From assembly GCA_050251945.1 (NCBI GenBank), contig JBFWLW010000004.1, positions 32,001 to 96,000 of the forward strand: DNA of 64,000 bases, written 5' to 3'. Positions 31,041-40,685 of this stretch are shown in pieces. Both the position numbers and the translations under genes were made by a program. Position 1 is the first letter of the stretch; each line of letters opens with the position of its first letter. This stretch comes from Deferribacterales bacterium. Lineage in GTDB: Bacteria > Chrysiogenota > Deferribacteres > Deferribacterales > Geovibrionaceae. The notes below the pieces were generated by a model. The model was not told the DNA's origin, ran no database searches, and saw nothing but the letters and a program-made list of their open reading frames with translations.

Positions 31041-34000
31041 TGTCTTTTTCCGGTGCGCTAAATACGAGTATGCCGTTCTGCGCCAGTTTATCCGCGTATC
31101 CGTCCCGTCCGAAGCAAAGGGCAAATTCCTGTAATACGCCTGCGGTGTCATCCTCTTTAACATCAGGGTAAAGCTTTTTATAAACTTTCCTAAACGCTTT
31201 GAAGCCGTCGTCGGGGGTGAAGCAGAACGGACTTTTAAGACCGTTCAGGAAAATTTCCGCATAGGTCTGCAATGCTTCTTTGCGGCAGTCGGCGGAAAGA
31301 AAAGTCCTTTCTCCCTCTATGTTTATGAGAATGGCGTTTATATCGTACCCTTTGTTCAGGAGGATAAGATGGCGTATCCGCGCCTTTAGCAGGTCTTTCG
31401 GTTTCAGCTTTCCGTTTTTTGTGTATATAAGCCCGTCTTCGGTTATATTGTCTATTCTGAAATTTATCCTCAGATTGCCTACGGTTATGCTGTCGGTGAT
31501 ACTGAACGGCGTTCCGTGCGCCGTAACAGCTTCGCAGACCTGTCCGGATTCTCTGGTTATCTTTTGTTTGTATCCCTCTCCAAGTCCTCCGGCAGGTATT
31601 TGTGCCGTCGCCTGTGCGTATGCCAGCAGGTCGCCCGCATTTTCAGAGTTCAGCATCCTGCGGGTGGTCTCCGCGCGCAGATTGTACTGCTGTAAGGCGT
31701 CCAGCACCAGCCGTTCGGTGTCCGGCAGTGCCTCGAATTTTTCTGAAAGCTCAATGCCAAGTGTGGAGTTCAGAAAATAGCCTGGCGGATTCATGAAGAA
31801 CCGCTCAAAAGCCTCAAGCGAGACCTCCAAAGGCATTTCAGCAGGGAGTTCGCCTGTGCAGAAATTCCTTTCTTCGTATTGGGTTCCGAATACCGATGCA
31901 GCTGCATATCTTTCGGGGCTGTATGTAAAAAGTTTTCCGTCGCCTTTGAAATACTTCCTGCTGAAGCTGTGCAGCGGATGTTCTGTTGCGGTGTTTTCCA
32001 TGCCGAACCGCTCTTTCAGATGGCGCAGAAGTTCCGTCACCGCTATTGACGGCACCAGAAGTCTGTTGTCGGTCTCGCTTCTGCCCGTATAGCTCAGATA
32101 AAGCCTGTCTTTCGCACTGATGAGAGTTTCAAGGAAAAGATATTTATCGCTCTCCCGCTGGGTTCTGTCGCCTTTGTCCGGTTTTGCGGAGATAAGATCG
32201 AATTCAGGCTCGGTCTTGAGTCTGGGGAAAGCGCCGTCGTCCATGCCCAGAACACAGATAACCCTGAAAGGGATGCTCCGCATCGGCAGCATGGCACAGA
32301 AGGTGGTTTTTCCCGTGATGAACCCTTTGGAGGTTTTAACTTCATCAAGTTTGCCGGAGATTGTTTCGTAAATCGGTCTGAACGGCATATTTATGCGGCA
32401 GTCTTCAGTTTCCGTGCGCACGTCGGCTATCATCTTTGCAATGTTAACGTTTTCGTCAGCGTATTCCGGCTCGGTGCTTAAAAAGCTGTCCGCCATTTCT
32501 GAAAGGATTGAACACCATTCGTCGGCTCTGCGTTCGCCATTCAGCATTTTGGAAAAATTTGTGCAGAGTTCCACAAAGCGCATCAAACCGCCAAGCTGTT
32601 TCGCCATTGAGAAGGGAACGTCGTTCCCTGCGGCTTCCGTATAAATTGCGCGTCTGCCGCCCTCCGCAAGCCCCAGCGCAAGTCTGCGCATGGCTCTGTC
32701 CCATGTGAAAGGGATGTCGGCGGTTATTCCGTCGGCGCGCATTGCCTCCGCGTCGATGCCCCAATAGGCTCCGTTGCGTTCCAGAACCTCCGCCATGTCG
32801 CTGACACGGGAGATTGCGAACCTGCCGGATATGACCGGACTTTCAATAAGTTTTATGACCGCTGAAAGGCTGAATTCACCCGTTACGGCTGAAACCAGTT
32901 CCGAAAAAACGTTTGCGGTGCGGCTCTCTGCCTTTGCGGGGATGTCCGCTATGGTGTACGGGATGGTCTCCTTTTCTCCGTACGGGTTGTCGAACACCGC
33001 ACGGATGTAAGGTGCATAACGCTGGATGTCCGGTGTCATAACCAGTATATCGGCGGGTGTGATGGTATCGTCGTCAGCCAATGTATCCAGCATGAAATCG
33101 TATAAAACCTGAACCTCGCGCAGGGGATTGTGACATGAATTTATGACGATGGAGCCGTCGGGTGTTATACCGTCCCTTTTGGCAAAGTCGTATATCTCCG
33201 CCTGTATTTCGCCCAGAAGGGTGTTTGCAGGTGGTTCGTCAAAGTATTCGTATCTTATGTTCGCATTGTCGTTGGCTGTGAGGAACTCGAAAAAGTCCCT
33301 GCCCATGGTGCCGAGGTTGTCCAGAAGCGGATGGTTGCGGAACATCATAAGCTCTTCGCGTGTTTTGCCCGTGCGTTTCTCCGCATAGCTTATCTCTCTG
33401 TCAGACATTGAGTCGCCGAAATATTCCGCCGACGGACAGAGCAGGTACAGGTTCACGTCCGTGCCGCCGCTGACAGCAAAAAGAACTTCCATGAAAAATC
33501 GCGGTATCACGCTTATTCCGAATAGATGCACCGTGTCAATATTTGCAAGGTCAACCCTGCCTGCGGAGCAGTCTTTCATAAAATTTCGAAGCACAAATGT
33601 CTTACATCGGTTTTTGTCGGGGAACGCCTCGCTGAAAAGCCACGGCTGCCAGCTTTCGATATTTTTGGTGCGTTCGTGCGCGCCCTGTGTCAGCCAGTCC
33701 TTTACCATTGCGGGTCTGTATATCTGGTACTGGTCAAAGATATCCGCTATCTTCTGCGCCAGTCTGAAGGTTTTTATCTTTCGGGGGTCTTTGCTGATGT
33801 AGTTTATTATTTCGGTGTTTACGCCGTTGTCTTTCGCTTCTGTCAAAATCCTGTATATGCGCCATGTGAGCTGCTGCCTGTCCACCCAGAGGTTTTCCGG
33901 ACCGAAGTGTCTTTCGGCAACTCTCCTTATAAGAGCGGCAGGGAAAAGATAGTCCAGATTTGCGCTGATGCCCGTCTGTTCTGCAAGTTTCAGACCTATC

Positions 34001-34128
34001 CAGCGCTGCATACCAGAGGTCTGCACGCAGACGACGGGTTTTCTGAGCGGATGCGCAGGGTCATAGAGCTTTTCGCTCATAATATTTATCAGATTTTTAA
34101 GATTGTTGCCTATATATATGTTGAGCAT
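31027..34128 (-). CDS. recC: Exodeoxyribonuclease V gamma subunit
   Basis: ADIFDQYQIYRP, CHNPLREVQVL, DILVMTPDI, PMRSIPFRVICVLGM; operon with recB and recD. Confidence 0.93.
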   Translation of the reverse strand: MLNIYIGNNLKNLINIMSEKLYDPAHPLRKPVVCVQTSGMQRWIGLKLAEQTGISANLDYLFPAALIRRVAERHFGPENLWVDRQQLTWRIYRILTEAKDNGVNTEIINYISKDPRKIKTFRLAQKIADIFDQYQIYRPAMVKDWLTQGAHERTKNIESWQPWLFSEAFPDKNRCKTFVLRNFMKDCSAGRVDLANIDTVHLFGISVIPRFFMEVLFAVSGGTDVNLYLLCPSAEYFGDSMSDREISYAEKRTGKTREELMMFRNHPLLDNLGTMGRDFFEFLTANDNANIRYEYFDEPPANTLLGEIQAEIYDFAKRDGITPDGSIVINSCHNPLREVQVLYDFMLDTLADDDTITPADILVMTPDIQRYAPYIRAVFDNPYGEKETIPYTIADIPAKAESRTANVFSELVSAVTGEFSLSAVIKLIESPVISGRFAISRVSDMAEVLERNGAYWGIDAEAMRADGITADIPFTWDRAMRRLALGLAEGGRRAIYTEAAGNDVPFSMAKQLGGLMRFVELCTNFSKMLNGERRADEWCSILSEMADSFLSTEPEYADENVNIAKMIADVRTETEDCRINMPFRPIYETISGKLDEVKTSKGFITGKTTFCAMLPMRSIPFRVICVLGMDDGAFPRLKTEPEFDLISAKPDKGDRTQRESDKYLFLETLISAKDRLYLSYTGRSETDNRLLVPSIAVTELLRHLKERFGMENTATEHPLHSFSRKYFKGDGKLFTYSPERYAAASVFGTQYEERNFCTGELPAEMPLEVSLEAFERFFMNPPGYFLNSTLGIELSEKFEALPDTERLVLDALQQYNLRAETTRRMLNSENAGDLLAYAQATAQIPAGGLGEGYKQKITRESGQVCEAVTAHGTPFSITDSITVGNLRINFRIDNITEDGLIYTKNGKLKPKDLLKARIRHLILLNKGYDINAILINIEGERTFLSADCRKEALQTYAEIFLNGLKSPFCFTPDDGFKAFRKVYKKLYPDVKEDDTAGVLQEFALCFGRDGYADKLAQNGILVFSAPEKDNADQ

Positions 34129-34214
34129 TGACCGATTATATCTATATAATCCGCCAAATGAAAGCCCCTGTTGCTTTCGTTTTATGATTTTATTTACTGT
34201 TTGAGGTTGGTGGC

Positions 34215-35531
34215 ATGACTATTTTGAAACCTGATAAAAACCTGAAACCCGTCATGAAACACAGGCTCATTGGTTCCGGGGAGAACCCGGAGTTTCTGTG
34301 CGCCGTTCTGCACGGTATACAGGATGCCGTTCTTCTGCACGACACCAAAGGGAACGTTCTGAGCTATAACGCCAGACTGCTTTCGCTCCTTGGCATCGGA
34401 GATGAACAGATGGCTGAGATGGGAAGTTTTTTTGACTTTTCCGCAGACGACATAAACTTTCAGGCAGGTATGAATTTTTTTGCGGACGCGGTTGAGGGGC
34501 GCGATCAGGTCTTCACATGGCAGATAAAAAAACCTTCGGACAATTATATTCTTGATGCAGAGGTGTTTCTTACCCGTATCAAGTACGGCAGGAAATGGAC
34601 TGTTCTTGCCACAATTAAAGATATTACCGATAAAAAACGCATCGAACAGGAGCTTATCAACTCCGAAAAGAGATACAGACAGCTTGTGGAATATTCCCCC
34701 GACGGCATCGTTATCCACAGGGACGGAGTTATAAAATATATCAACCCCGCAGGAGCCAGAATATTCGGCGGCGCGGCGGAGGATATTCTCGGCTGTGAAG
34801 TTCTGGATTTCTTTCCCGAAGAGAACAGGCAGTCCATAAGCGACAGACTGAAAAAGCTTTATCAGGAAGAGGCTTCCATGCCGATTGCCGAGGCGAAGAT
34901 GCTTCGCAGGGACGGGCGCATTGCCCATGTGGAGTTTGCCGCCATTCCTTTCAGCATGGACGGGCGCTCAGCTGTTCAGGTTGTGATACGCGACATCACA
35001 CAGAAGAAGATTCAGGAAGAATATATCAGATATCTTGCACTGCACGACACGCTGACGGGGCTGCCGAACCGCGACCTTCTCACCGACAGGATATGCCTTG
35101 CCGTTGAACGAAGAAAACGTGACAGGAAAAAGCTGGCTGTTATATACATCGACCTCGACGGATTCAAACCCGTTAACGACACGCTGGGGCATGCTGCGGG
35201 CGATATAGCGCTTAAAATGATAGCCGGAAGGCTGAACGAGGCGATACGCAAATCAGACACCGCGGCACGCATAGGCGGGGACGAGTTTGTCGTTCTTTTG
35301 GAGGCTGTAAGCGAGCGGGAAGAGATTGAGATCATTGCAAAAAGAGTTCTGGACGCCATAAACGAAGAACTTGTCATTGACAGAACTGTCTTTCATATAG
35401 GCGCAAGCATGGGGATAAGTATTTATCCCGATAACAGCAAAGACCATGTTAAACTTATGGCAATGGCAGATAGGGCAATGTATACTGCCAAGAACAGCGG
35501 AAAGAACAGGTTCATATTCAGCGGCGGGTGA
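34215..35531 (+). CDS. PAS-PAS-GGDEF diguanylate cyclase
   Basis: Two PAS/PAC regions; HDTLTGLPNR, DLDGFKPVND, intact GGDEF with RKSD I-site. Confidence 0.93.
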   Translation: MTILKPDKNLKPVMKHRLIGSGENPEFLCAVLHGIQDAVLLHDTKGNVLSYNARLLSLLGIGDEQMAEMGSFFDFSADDINFQAGMNFFADAVEGRDQVFTWQIKKPSDNYILDAEVFLTRIKYGRKWTVLATIKDITDKKRIEQELINSEKRYRQLVEYSPDGIVIHRDGVIKYINPAGARIFGGAAEDILGCEVLDFFPEENRQSISDRLKKLYQEEASMPIAEAKMLRRDGRIAHVEFAAIPFSMDGRSAVQVVIRDITQKKIQEEYIRYLALHDTLTGLPNRDLLTDRICLAVERRKRDRKKLAVIYIDLDGFKPVNDTLGHAAGDIALKMIAGRLNEAIRKSDTAARIGGDEFVVLLEAVSEREEIEIIAKRVLDAINEELVIDRTVFHIGASMGISIYPDNSKDHVKLMAMADRAMYTAKNSGKNRFIFSGG

Positions 35532-35532
35532 A

Positions 35533-35985
35533 ATGGGAAGAACATACGACATAGCCGATAATCTGGTGAAAATGGCGGAAAGACTGAAATACGGCGACCA
35601 CAGCGCAAAAGATAAAGTGCTGGAATATGCCGGAAAACTCATAAGTGAGGAATTCGGTTCCACCAGCATCTATATGCAGAAACTCGGCATGATCGTTTTC
35701 AGCGCCAGAGACATGAGCGGACTGTCATTTGAAGATGCCAAAGAGGTATCCAAAGATAAATATGTTTTTCAGGAAGGGGTAAAGCGGCTGATTGTGCTTC
35801 TTGAACAGGTGCGCGGATCCATCGGCGAACCTGCAAAGCTTGAAGGCGATTTTATCGTTGTTCAGGCGCGCGACAAAAACAGCCTTGCCCGAATCACATC
35901 GTACATCAAAGCCAAAGGCTATAACACCGTTGTCATCACGGACACGGACGACTGGAAGGAGAAGCTTGACGAGCTTCTGCCGTGA
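35533..35985 (+). CDS. Hypothetical protein
   Basis: 150-aa ORF starting immediately after the cyclase stop. Confidence 0.75.
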   Translation: MGRTYDIADNLVKMAERLKYGDHSAKDKVLEYAGKLISEEFGSTSIYMQKLGMIVFSARDMSGLSFEDAKEVSKDKYVFQEGVKRLIVLLEQVRGSIGEPAKLEGDFIVVQARDKNSLARITSYIKAKGYNTVVITDTDDWKEKLDELLP

Positions 35986-36166
35986 AAGGCACATGGATGT
36001 GCCTCTCGGAGACTGATTTATAGGATTTATTCCTTAAATCAGGCGAAGAGTGAGCGCCGCACAGGTTTTACCTGTGCAGAGCGTTAGTATAAAACAATAG
36101 GACGTTGTTTTATACCAAATTGATTGACACGGACGACTGGAAGGAGAAGCTTGACGAGCTTCTGCC
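35941..36166 (+). repeat. 41-bp duplication of a gene 3' end flanking a 144-bp structured element
   Basis: GACACGGACGACTGGAAGGAGAAGCTTGACGAGCTTCTGCC at 35941 and 36126; insert 35982-36125 with four hairpins. Confidence 0.93.
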
Positions 36167-36175
36167 TTAGTATTT

Positions 36176-36250
36176 CAGATCGCTTCGGGCTAAACCCTCG
36201 CGAAGACAAGAAGCTGTCTCTGCGAGCCGATGTAATCGGCGCGGCAGTCT
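36176..36250. repeat. REP-like doublet, family A copy 6
   Basis: CAGATCGCTTCG...CTCGCGAAGAC / GTCTCTGCGAG...GCGGCAGTCTG. Confidence 0.8.
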
Positions 36251-36271
36251 GAAATAATATATTTTTTTGCC

Positions 36272-37138
36272 TTAAATCTGTCTTACCATCCGCATGTTTG
36301 GAATGATTATCCCCGCCATAAGCAGTATCACACCGAATATCTGAAATGCCGCAATCTCCTCTCCGAGAAAGATACCCGCCAGAAGAAGCGTTATCACAGG
36401 CTCAACCGAACTGAATATTGATGTGTAGGCAGCTCCTATCATCTTTAATGCGGCATAAAGAAAGCCCATTGCCATTGCCGAAGGGATAAGCCCCAGCGAT
36501 ACCACGAGTGCAAGCTGCTTCCCTGTTAAACTGTTAAAATCGGCTCCACCGTTTAGAACGGTGTATCCAATCGCAGTGAAGAGCATCACGTAGAATGTTG
36601 CAGCCGTTGAATTCTCAGTTTTGAGAATGTGCTGTGTCACAACCAGATAACTGGAGAAAAGTACCATTGAAAGCAGTGCGTACATTATTCCGGTCATGCT
36701 GAAACTGCGAAGGAAAGCGTCGTAAAACACAAGACAGCAGCCGCCCAATATCAGAAGAACAGATACAAATGAGGACGAGCGGAATTTTTCACGCAGAAAA
36801 ACCAGCGATAAAATAAGAACTGCAAGCGGGTATAGATAAAGTATCAAAGATGCCGTGGATGCAGGGATGTACTCTATCGCTTTAAAAAAAGTGAGGCTTT
36901 GCCCCAGATAAAAGAACAACCCGATAAATGCCGATTTTAATACCAGCGATTTTTTAGGACGCAAAACTTCTCTGTCAAAAACAGCCAGAAATATAAATAA
37001 GATAAGTGTTCCGAAAATGAAGCGCAGCGTCAGCATAGGCACGGACTTAAGCCCCATTTCCATACCCAATTTGCCAAAAATAACCAGCGTTGCATAACAT
37101 GTTGCGGATAATACCGCGACGGCTATTCCTTTGAACAT
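36272..37138 (-). CDS. DMT/EamA family transporter
   Basis: About 10 hydrophobic segments in two repeats; SVEPV...FLGE motif. Confidence 0.88.
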   Translation of the reverse strand: MFKGIAVAVLSATCYATLVIFGKLGMEMGLKSVPMLTLRFIFGTLILFIFLAVFDREVLRPKKSLVLKSAFIGLFFYLGQSLTFFKAIEYIPASTASLILYLYPLAVLILSLVFLREKFRSSSFVSVLLILGGCCLVFYDAFLRSFSMTGIMYALLSMVLFSSYLVVTQHILKTENSTAATFYVMLFTAIGYTVLNGGADFNSLTGKQLALVVSLGLIPSAMAMGFLYAALKMIGAAYTSIFSSVEPVITLLLAGIFLGEEIAAFQIFGVILLMAGIIIPNMRMVRQI

Positions 37139-37403
37139 AAATCATCCCCGTAAGTGAAAAATTATGGATATTCTTATCCCGTTAAAAAGTCAATATAATA
37201 GAATGTTTTGGTCGAGGTTGTTTATAAACATTTGTTCGTAAAGGAGTTTTTAATATAATCCTGCTTAAAAATAAAACTTGATTCGTTTTTTTGTATTATG
37301 TATATTGCATCTCAGAGACATATTCATAACAAGTTAATTACTTTTAATATTGGATTAACAGTCCCCGCAAAAAAATCAAAATAACGTTTTCAATGGAGTT
37401 GAC

Positions 37404-39140
37404 ATGTTAGCTGCACTTTGGTCGCGTATGTGGGATATGCACCACGAGACGAAAGCACTCGTGTTCTTCAGTCCCAAGGCAATGATTATGAAGATGAAAC
37501 AGGCTTCAGTCCATTCACATTCCAATGAAGAGGATGTTGATATTGCTGACGAGATGTCGGCGTCTCCTGCCGAGACTTCGGGAAGGGTACACCCCACGCC
37601 GGGCGGTATGAAAAAGCATGAATCCGGCGGATATACACGCAGACAAATGATGGGACTTTTTCTCGGACCCGTACTGTTTATTCTTGTGCTTGTCCTTCCG
37701 GCTCCCGCAGGAATGAGTGCAGCGGCTCAGAAAATGGCCGCAATCACATTTCTTATGGCGACATGGTGGATGTGCGAGTCACTGCCTATTCCGGCAACCA
37801 GCCTTCTTCCCATTCCGCTGTTTCCGGCGCTCGGACTTCTGTCCACGGCAAAATCGACAACGCCCTATGCAAACCACCTGATATTCCTTTTCATGGGCGG
37901 TTTCATCATAGCCCTGTCCATGCAGAAATGGAACCTGCACAGACGTATAGCCATGAATATCGTTAAGGTCATCGGCTTTTCACCCAGCAGGATAATCCTT
38001 GGTTTCATGGTGGCTACTGCGGCGCTTTCCGCTTTTGTTTCCAACACTGCAACAACAGTTATGATGATGCCCATCGGGCTTGCCATTATCGCACACGTTG
38101 CGGAAGAGGGCAGAAAAGAGGGACTCGACAAGGAAATAGATTTCTCTCCTGAAAAATTTGCATTCGGTCTTAACCTTATGCTTGGTATAGCGTATGCCGC
38201 TTCCATCGGCGGAATCGCAACGCTCATCGGTACGCCACCCAACACTGTTCTTGCAGGTTATCTCAATAAAACATACGGATATGAGATAACGTTTGCAAGC
38301 TGGCTTGTTGTGGGTGTTCCGCTTGTTGTGATCTTTCTGCCGCTCTGCTGGCTGTGGCTTACAAAAATTGCAAACCCCATGAAGCTGAAAAAGGTTCCCG
38401 GCGGACGCGAACTTATTGACGCAGAGCTTAAACAAATGGGTTCGATGAACAAAGGCGAGAGGTATACAGCCATTGTTTTCGGACTGACAGCACTTTGCTG
38501 GATATTTATTAAGCCTGTAGCGTCCCTTTTCCCTGACCCCTCGATGATCACCGATTCCGCTGTTGCAATGATGGGCGCTCTGGTGCTTTTCCTCATTCCC
38601 ATCGACCTGAAAAAGAACAGCTTTGTGATGGACTGGCACTGGGCATCAAAAATGCCGTGGGGTGTTCTTATCCTTTTCGGCGGCGGTCTTGCCATGGCAG
38701 ACGGATTTCAGGCCACAGGGCTTGCTGAGTGGATCGGCGGCCGGGTCAGCCTGATGCAGAACGCGCCTATATTTGTTCTGATCATCGCTGTTACAACGCT
38801 GATAATCTTCCTTACGGAACTTACGTCCAACACAGCCACAGCGGCAATGGTTATGCCGATTCTGTCTGCTGTTGCGATAGGTCTGGGGCAGGATCCGCTT
38901 CTTCTCACCATTCCCGCAGCGATAGCCGCATCATGCGCTTTCATGCTGCCAGTGGCAACACCGCCCAACGCGATAGTGTTTGGTTCCGGTTATGTCACAA
39001 TCCCGCAGATGGTTAGAAGTGGTATTGGTCTGAACATACTTGGTATAGTAATCACTGTGCTTATAGTGTACCTGATAGCGGTTCCAATGTTCGGCATACA
39101 GTTCGGTGTTGTTCCCGACTGGGCGCATATTGTGAAATAA
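37404..39140 (+). CDS. DASS/SLC13 sodium-coupled dicarboxylate/anion symporter
   Basis: SNTATT, GTPPN, TELTSNTAT, FMLPVATPPNA motifs. Confidence 0.93.
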   Translation: MLAALWSRMWDMHHETKALVFFSPKAMIMKMKQASVHSHSNEEDVDIADEMSASPAETSGRVHPTPGGMKKHESGGYTRRQMMGLFLGPVLFILVLVLPAPAGMSAAAQKMAAITFLMATWWMCESLPIPATSLLPIPLFPALGLLSTAKSTTPYANHLIFLFMGGFIIALSMQKWNLHRRIAMNIVKVIGFSPSRIILGFMVATAALSAFVSNTATTVMMMPIGLAIIAHVAEEGRKEGLDKEIDFSPEKFAFGLNLMLGIAYAASIGGIATLIGTPPNTVLAGYLNKTYGYEITFASWLVVGVPLVVIFLPLCWLWLTKIANPMKLKKVPGGRELIDAELKQMGSMNKGERYTAIVFGLTALCWIFIKPVASLFPDPSMITDSAVAMMGALVLFLIPIDLKKNSFVMDWHWASKMPWGVLILFGGGLAMADGFQATGLAEWIGGRVSLMQNAPIFVLIIAVTTLIIFLTELTSNTATAAMVMPILSAVAIGLGQDPLLLTIPAAIAASCAFMLPVATPPNAIVFGSGYVTIPQMVRSGIGLNILGIVITVLIVYLIAVPMFGIQFGVVPDWAHIVK

Positions 39141-39146
39141 CTTTTA

Positions 39147-39176
39147 ACGGGGGAGTTTCGGCTCCCCTGTTTTTTT
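39147..39176 (+). terminator. Intrinsic terminator
   Basis: ACGGGGGAGT-TTCG-GCTCCCCTGT plus T run after the SLC13 stop. Confidence 0.85.
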
Positions 39177-39239
39177 GTTTGTCATAGCTTGACATTTATG
39201 TTTCAGTCTACTATACATATATCTCTTTGAAAAAGAGTT

Positions 39240-39367
39240 CGGGATGTAGCGCACTTGGTAGGTTACTCTGTCTTGGGAACAGGTGGTCGCAGGTTCCGCC
39301 GCAGGCTGGCAAACTTGTTTTGCCATCTTTCGTAGAATGGCAAACTTGCTTTGCCACCATCCTGTCA
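39240..39367 (+). pseudogene. Degenerate copy of tRNA-Pro(TGG) interrupted in the T-loop
   Basis: 39240-39296 aligns to the intact tRNA with several changes; about 62 bp of other sequence follows, then ATCCTGTCA; no 3' acceptor strand. Confidence 0.75.
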
Positions 39368-39397
39368 ACAGGATTTGTTTTTATAAATAGTAGAGTT

Positions 39398-39471
39398 CGG
39401 GATGTAGCGCAGCTTGGTAGCGTACCTGTCTTGGGAACAGGTGGTCGCAGGTTCAAATCCTGTCATCCCGA
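39398..39471 (+). tRNA. tRNA-Pro(TGG); probable prophage integration site
   Basis: Full cloverleaf CGGGATG/CATCCCG-A, anticodon loop CTTGGGA, TTCAAAT T-loop; integrase stop 26 bp downstream. Confidence 0.96.
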
Positions 39472-39497
39472 TTTATATTTCCTTTAAAGCCAATGGT

Positions 39498-40682
39498 TTA
39501 GCCGTTGGCTTTTTCATTTGGCACGTTTTTGGCACTTTTAGAAGTTGAATTGAGTATGCTTACACGTTCGGCACTGTCCTTGTTTATCCGGTTGCCGTAG
39601 GTTTTTAGAAGCATCTGAAGTGTGCTGTGTCCGAGCATATTTTTTATCCAGTTGAGTTGTGCGCCGGCTTCTATGAAAAGGCAGGCGAAAGTATGGCGGG
39701 TTTGATAGATGTTGCGGTATTTGATACCCAGAGCTTTTAGACATGGTTCGTAATAAGTTTTTGATACGTTCTGAATCTGGTGGAAAGGCTCACCAAGGTA
39801 TGACGTAAACATCCAGTCAGATTTCATGAATGAATACTGCTTATGTCTTGACAAATACGGATCAAGGCTCGTTTCTATATCTATTGTGCGGCTTTCTTTC
39901 GTCTTAGTGGATTCTTTTATCTGCCCTTTCGTCATTGTCCTGCGGACATGGATTTTGTTTCTTCTAAAATCAATATCGTTCCATTTCATAGCCATTATTT
40001 CCCCGGTGCGCATTCCTGAAAAAAATGCTACAGCAAAGAAAGCGGTCATGTGAGGATGGTGTTTGTCCATCCAGTCAAGGATCAGCTCTATTTCGTCTTG
40101 CTCAAAAGGGTCTATCTCTGCGGACTGCACACGGGGCTTACTCACATAGCCGCATGGGTTCTTATCGAGAATATCATCAGCAACAGCGGTTTTGAATATG
40201 CTTGAGAGCATACCTATCATATTACTCATGGTCTTAGGGGCAATGTCGTATTCACGAATGAACCCTTGAACTGTGGATGCTTTTATATCTGAAATAGGAA
40301 TGTTTTTAAAGTAGTCGCAGAAGATGTTAATGAATCCGGTGTATGTTCGGAGCGTCGAATATGCCAGAGACTTTTCTTTCAATCGTAACCATTGTTGGGC
40401 GTATACTGAAAAGCCGACAGTTTTAGAAGTGTCTGACAAGCTGAACTTTTTCAGGTTTTTAGATTTCGGGAAATAGTCGCCGTATCGAAAAATACCTTCT
40501 TTGATTTTGCGGTCAATTTCGGCAACATAAGCGGATGCAAGGCGACATTGTTGGCAATTACAACCTGTGTTGCCAGTTTCGCACATGTATTTTGTCGGCT
40601 CGAAACAGCGGATGCCCCGATAGACAAAGAATACCCGTATCTGATTTTTCTTTCCTCTGACTTGTGTTCCGCCCATGCCCAT
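39498..40682 (-). CDS. int: Tyrosine recombinase (phage integrase) with N-terminal arm-binding domain
   Basis: SGMRTGE, YQTRHT, LGH, catalytic Tyr; N-terminal FRYGDYFPKS. Confidence 0.95.
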   Translation of the reverse strand: MGMGGTQVRGKKNQIRVFFVYRGIRCFEPTKYMCETGNTGCNCQQCRLASAYVAEIDRKIKEGIFRYGDYFPKSKNLKKFSLSDTSKTVGFSVYAQQWLRLKEKSLAYSTLRTYTGFINIFCDYFKNIPISDIKASTVQGFIREYDIAPKTMSNMIGMLSSIFKTAVADDILDKNPCGYVSKPRVQSAEIDPFEQDEIELILDWMDKHHPHMTAFFAVAFFSGMRTGEIMAMKWNDIDFRRNKIHVRRTMTKGQIKESTKTKESRTIDIETSLDPYLSRHKQYSFMKSDWMFTSYLGEPFHQIQNVSKTYYEPCLKALGIKYRNIYQTRHTFACLFIEAGAQLNWIKNMLGHSTLQMLLKTYGNRINKDSAERVSILNSTSKSAKNVPNEKANG

Positions 40683-40685
40683 AGA

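Noticed and set aside
31041..31163. N-terminal extension of recB in the ORF track
   Set aside because: It overlaps recC by over 120 bp; ATG 31040 gives a normal RecB start.
8667..33802. Long antisense or alternate-frame ORFs (e.g. 8667-9524, 10729-11796, 26459-27298, 29307-30272)
   Set aside because: They lie opposite well-supported genes and show no recognisable motifs; likely shadow ORFs.
25900..34128. Helicase-nuclease trio as a new defence system
   Set aside because: Motifs and order match housekeeping recC-recB-recD.
39211..39487. Short ORFs across the tRNA region
   Set aside because: They overlap the tRNA-Pro gene and its degenerate copy.
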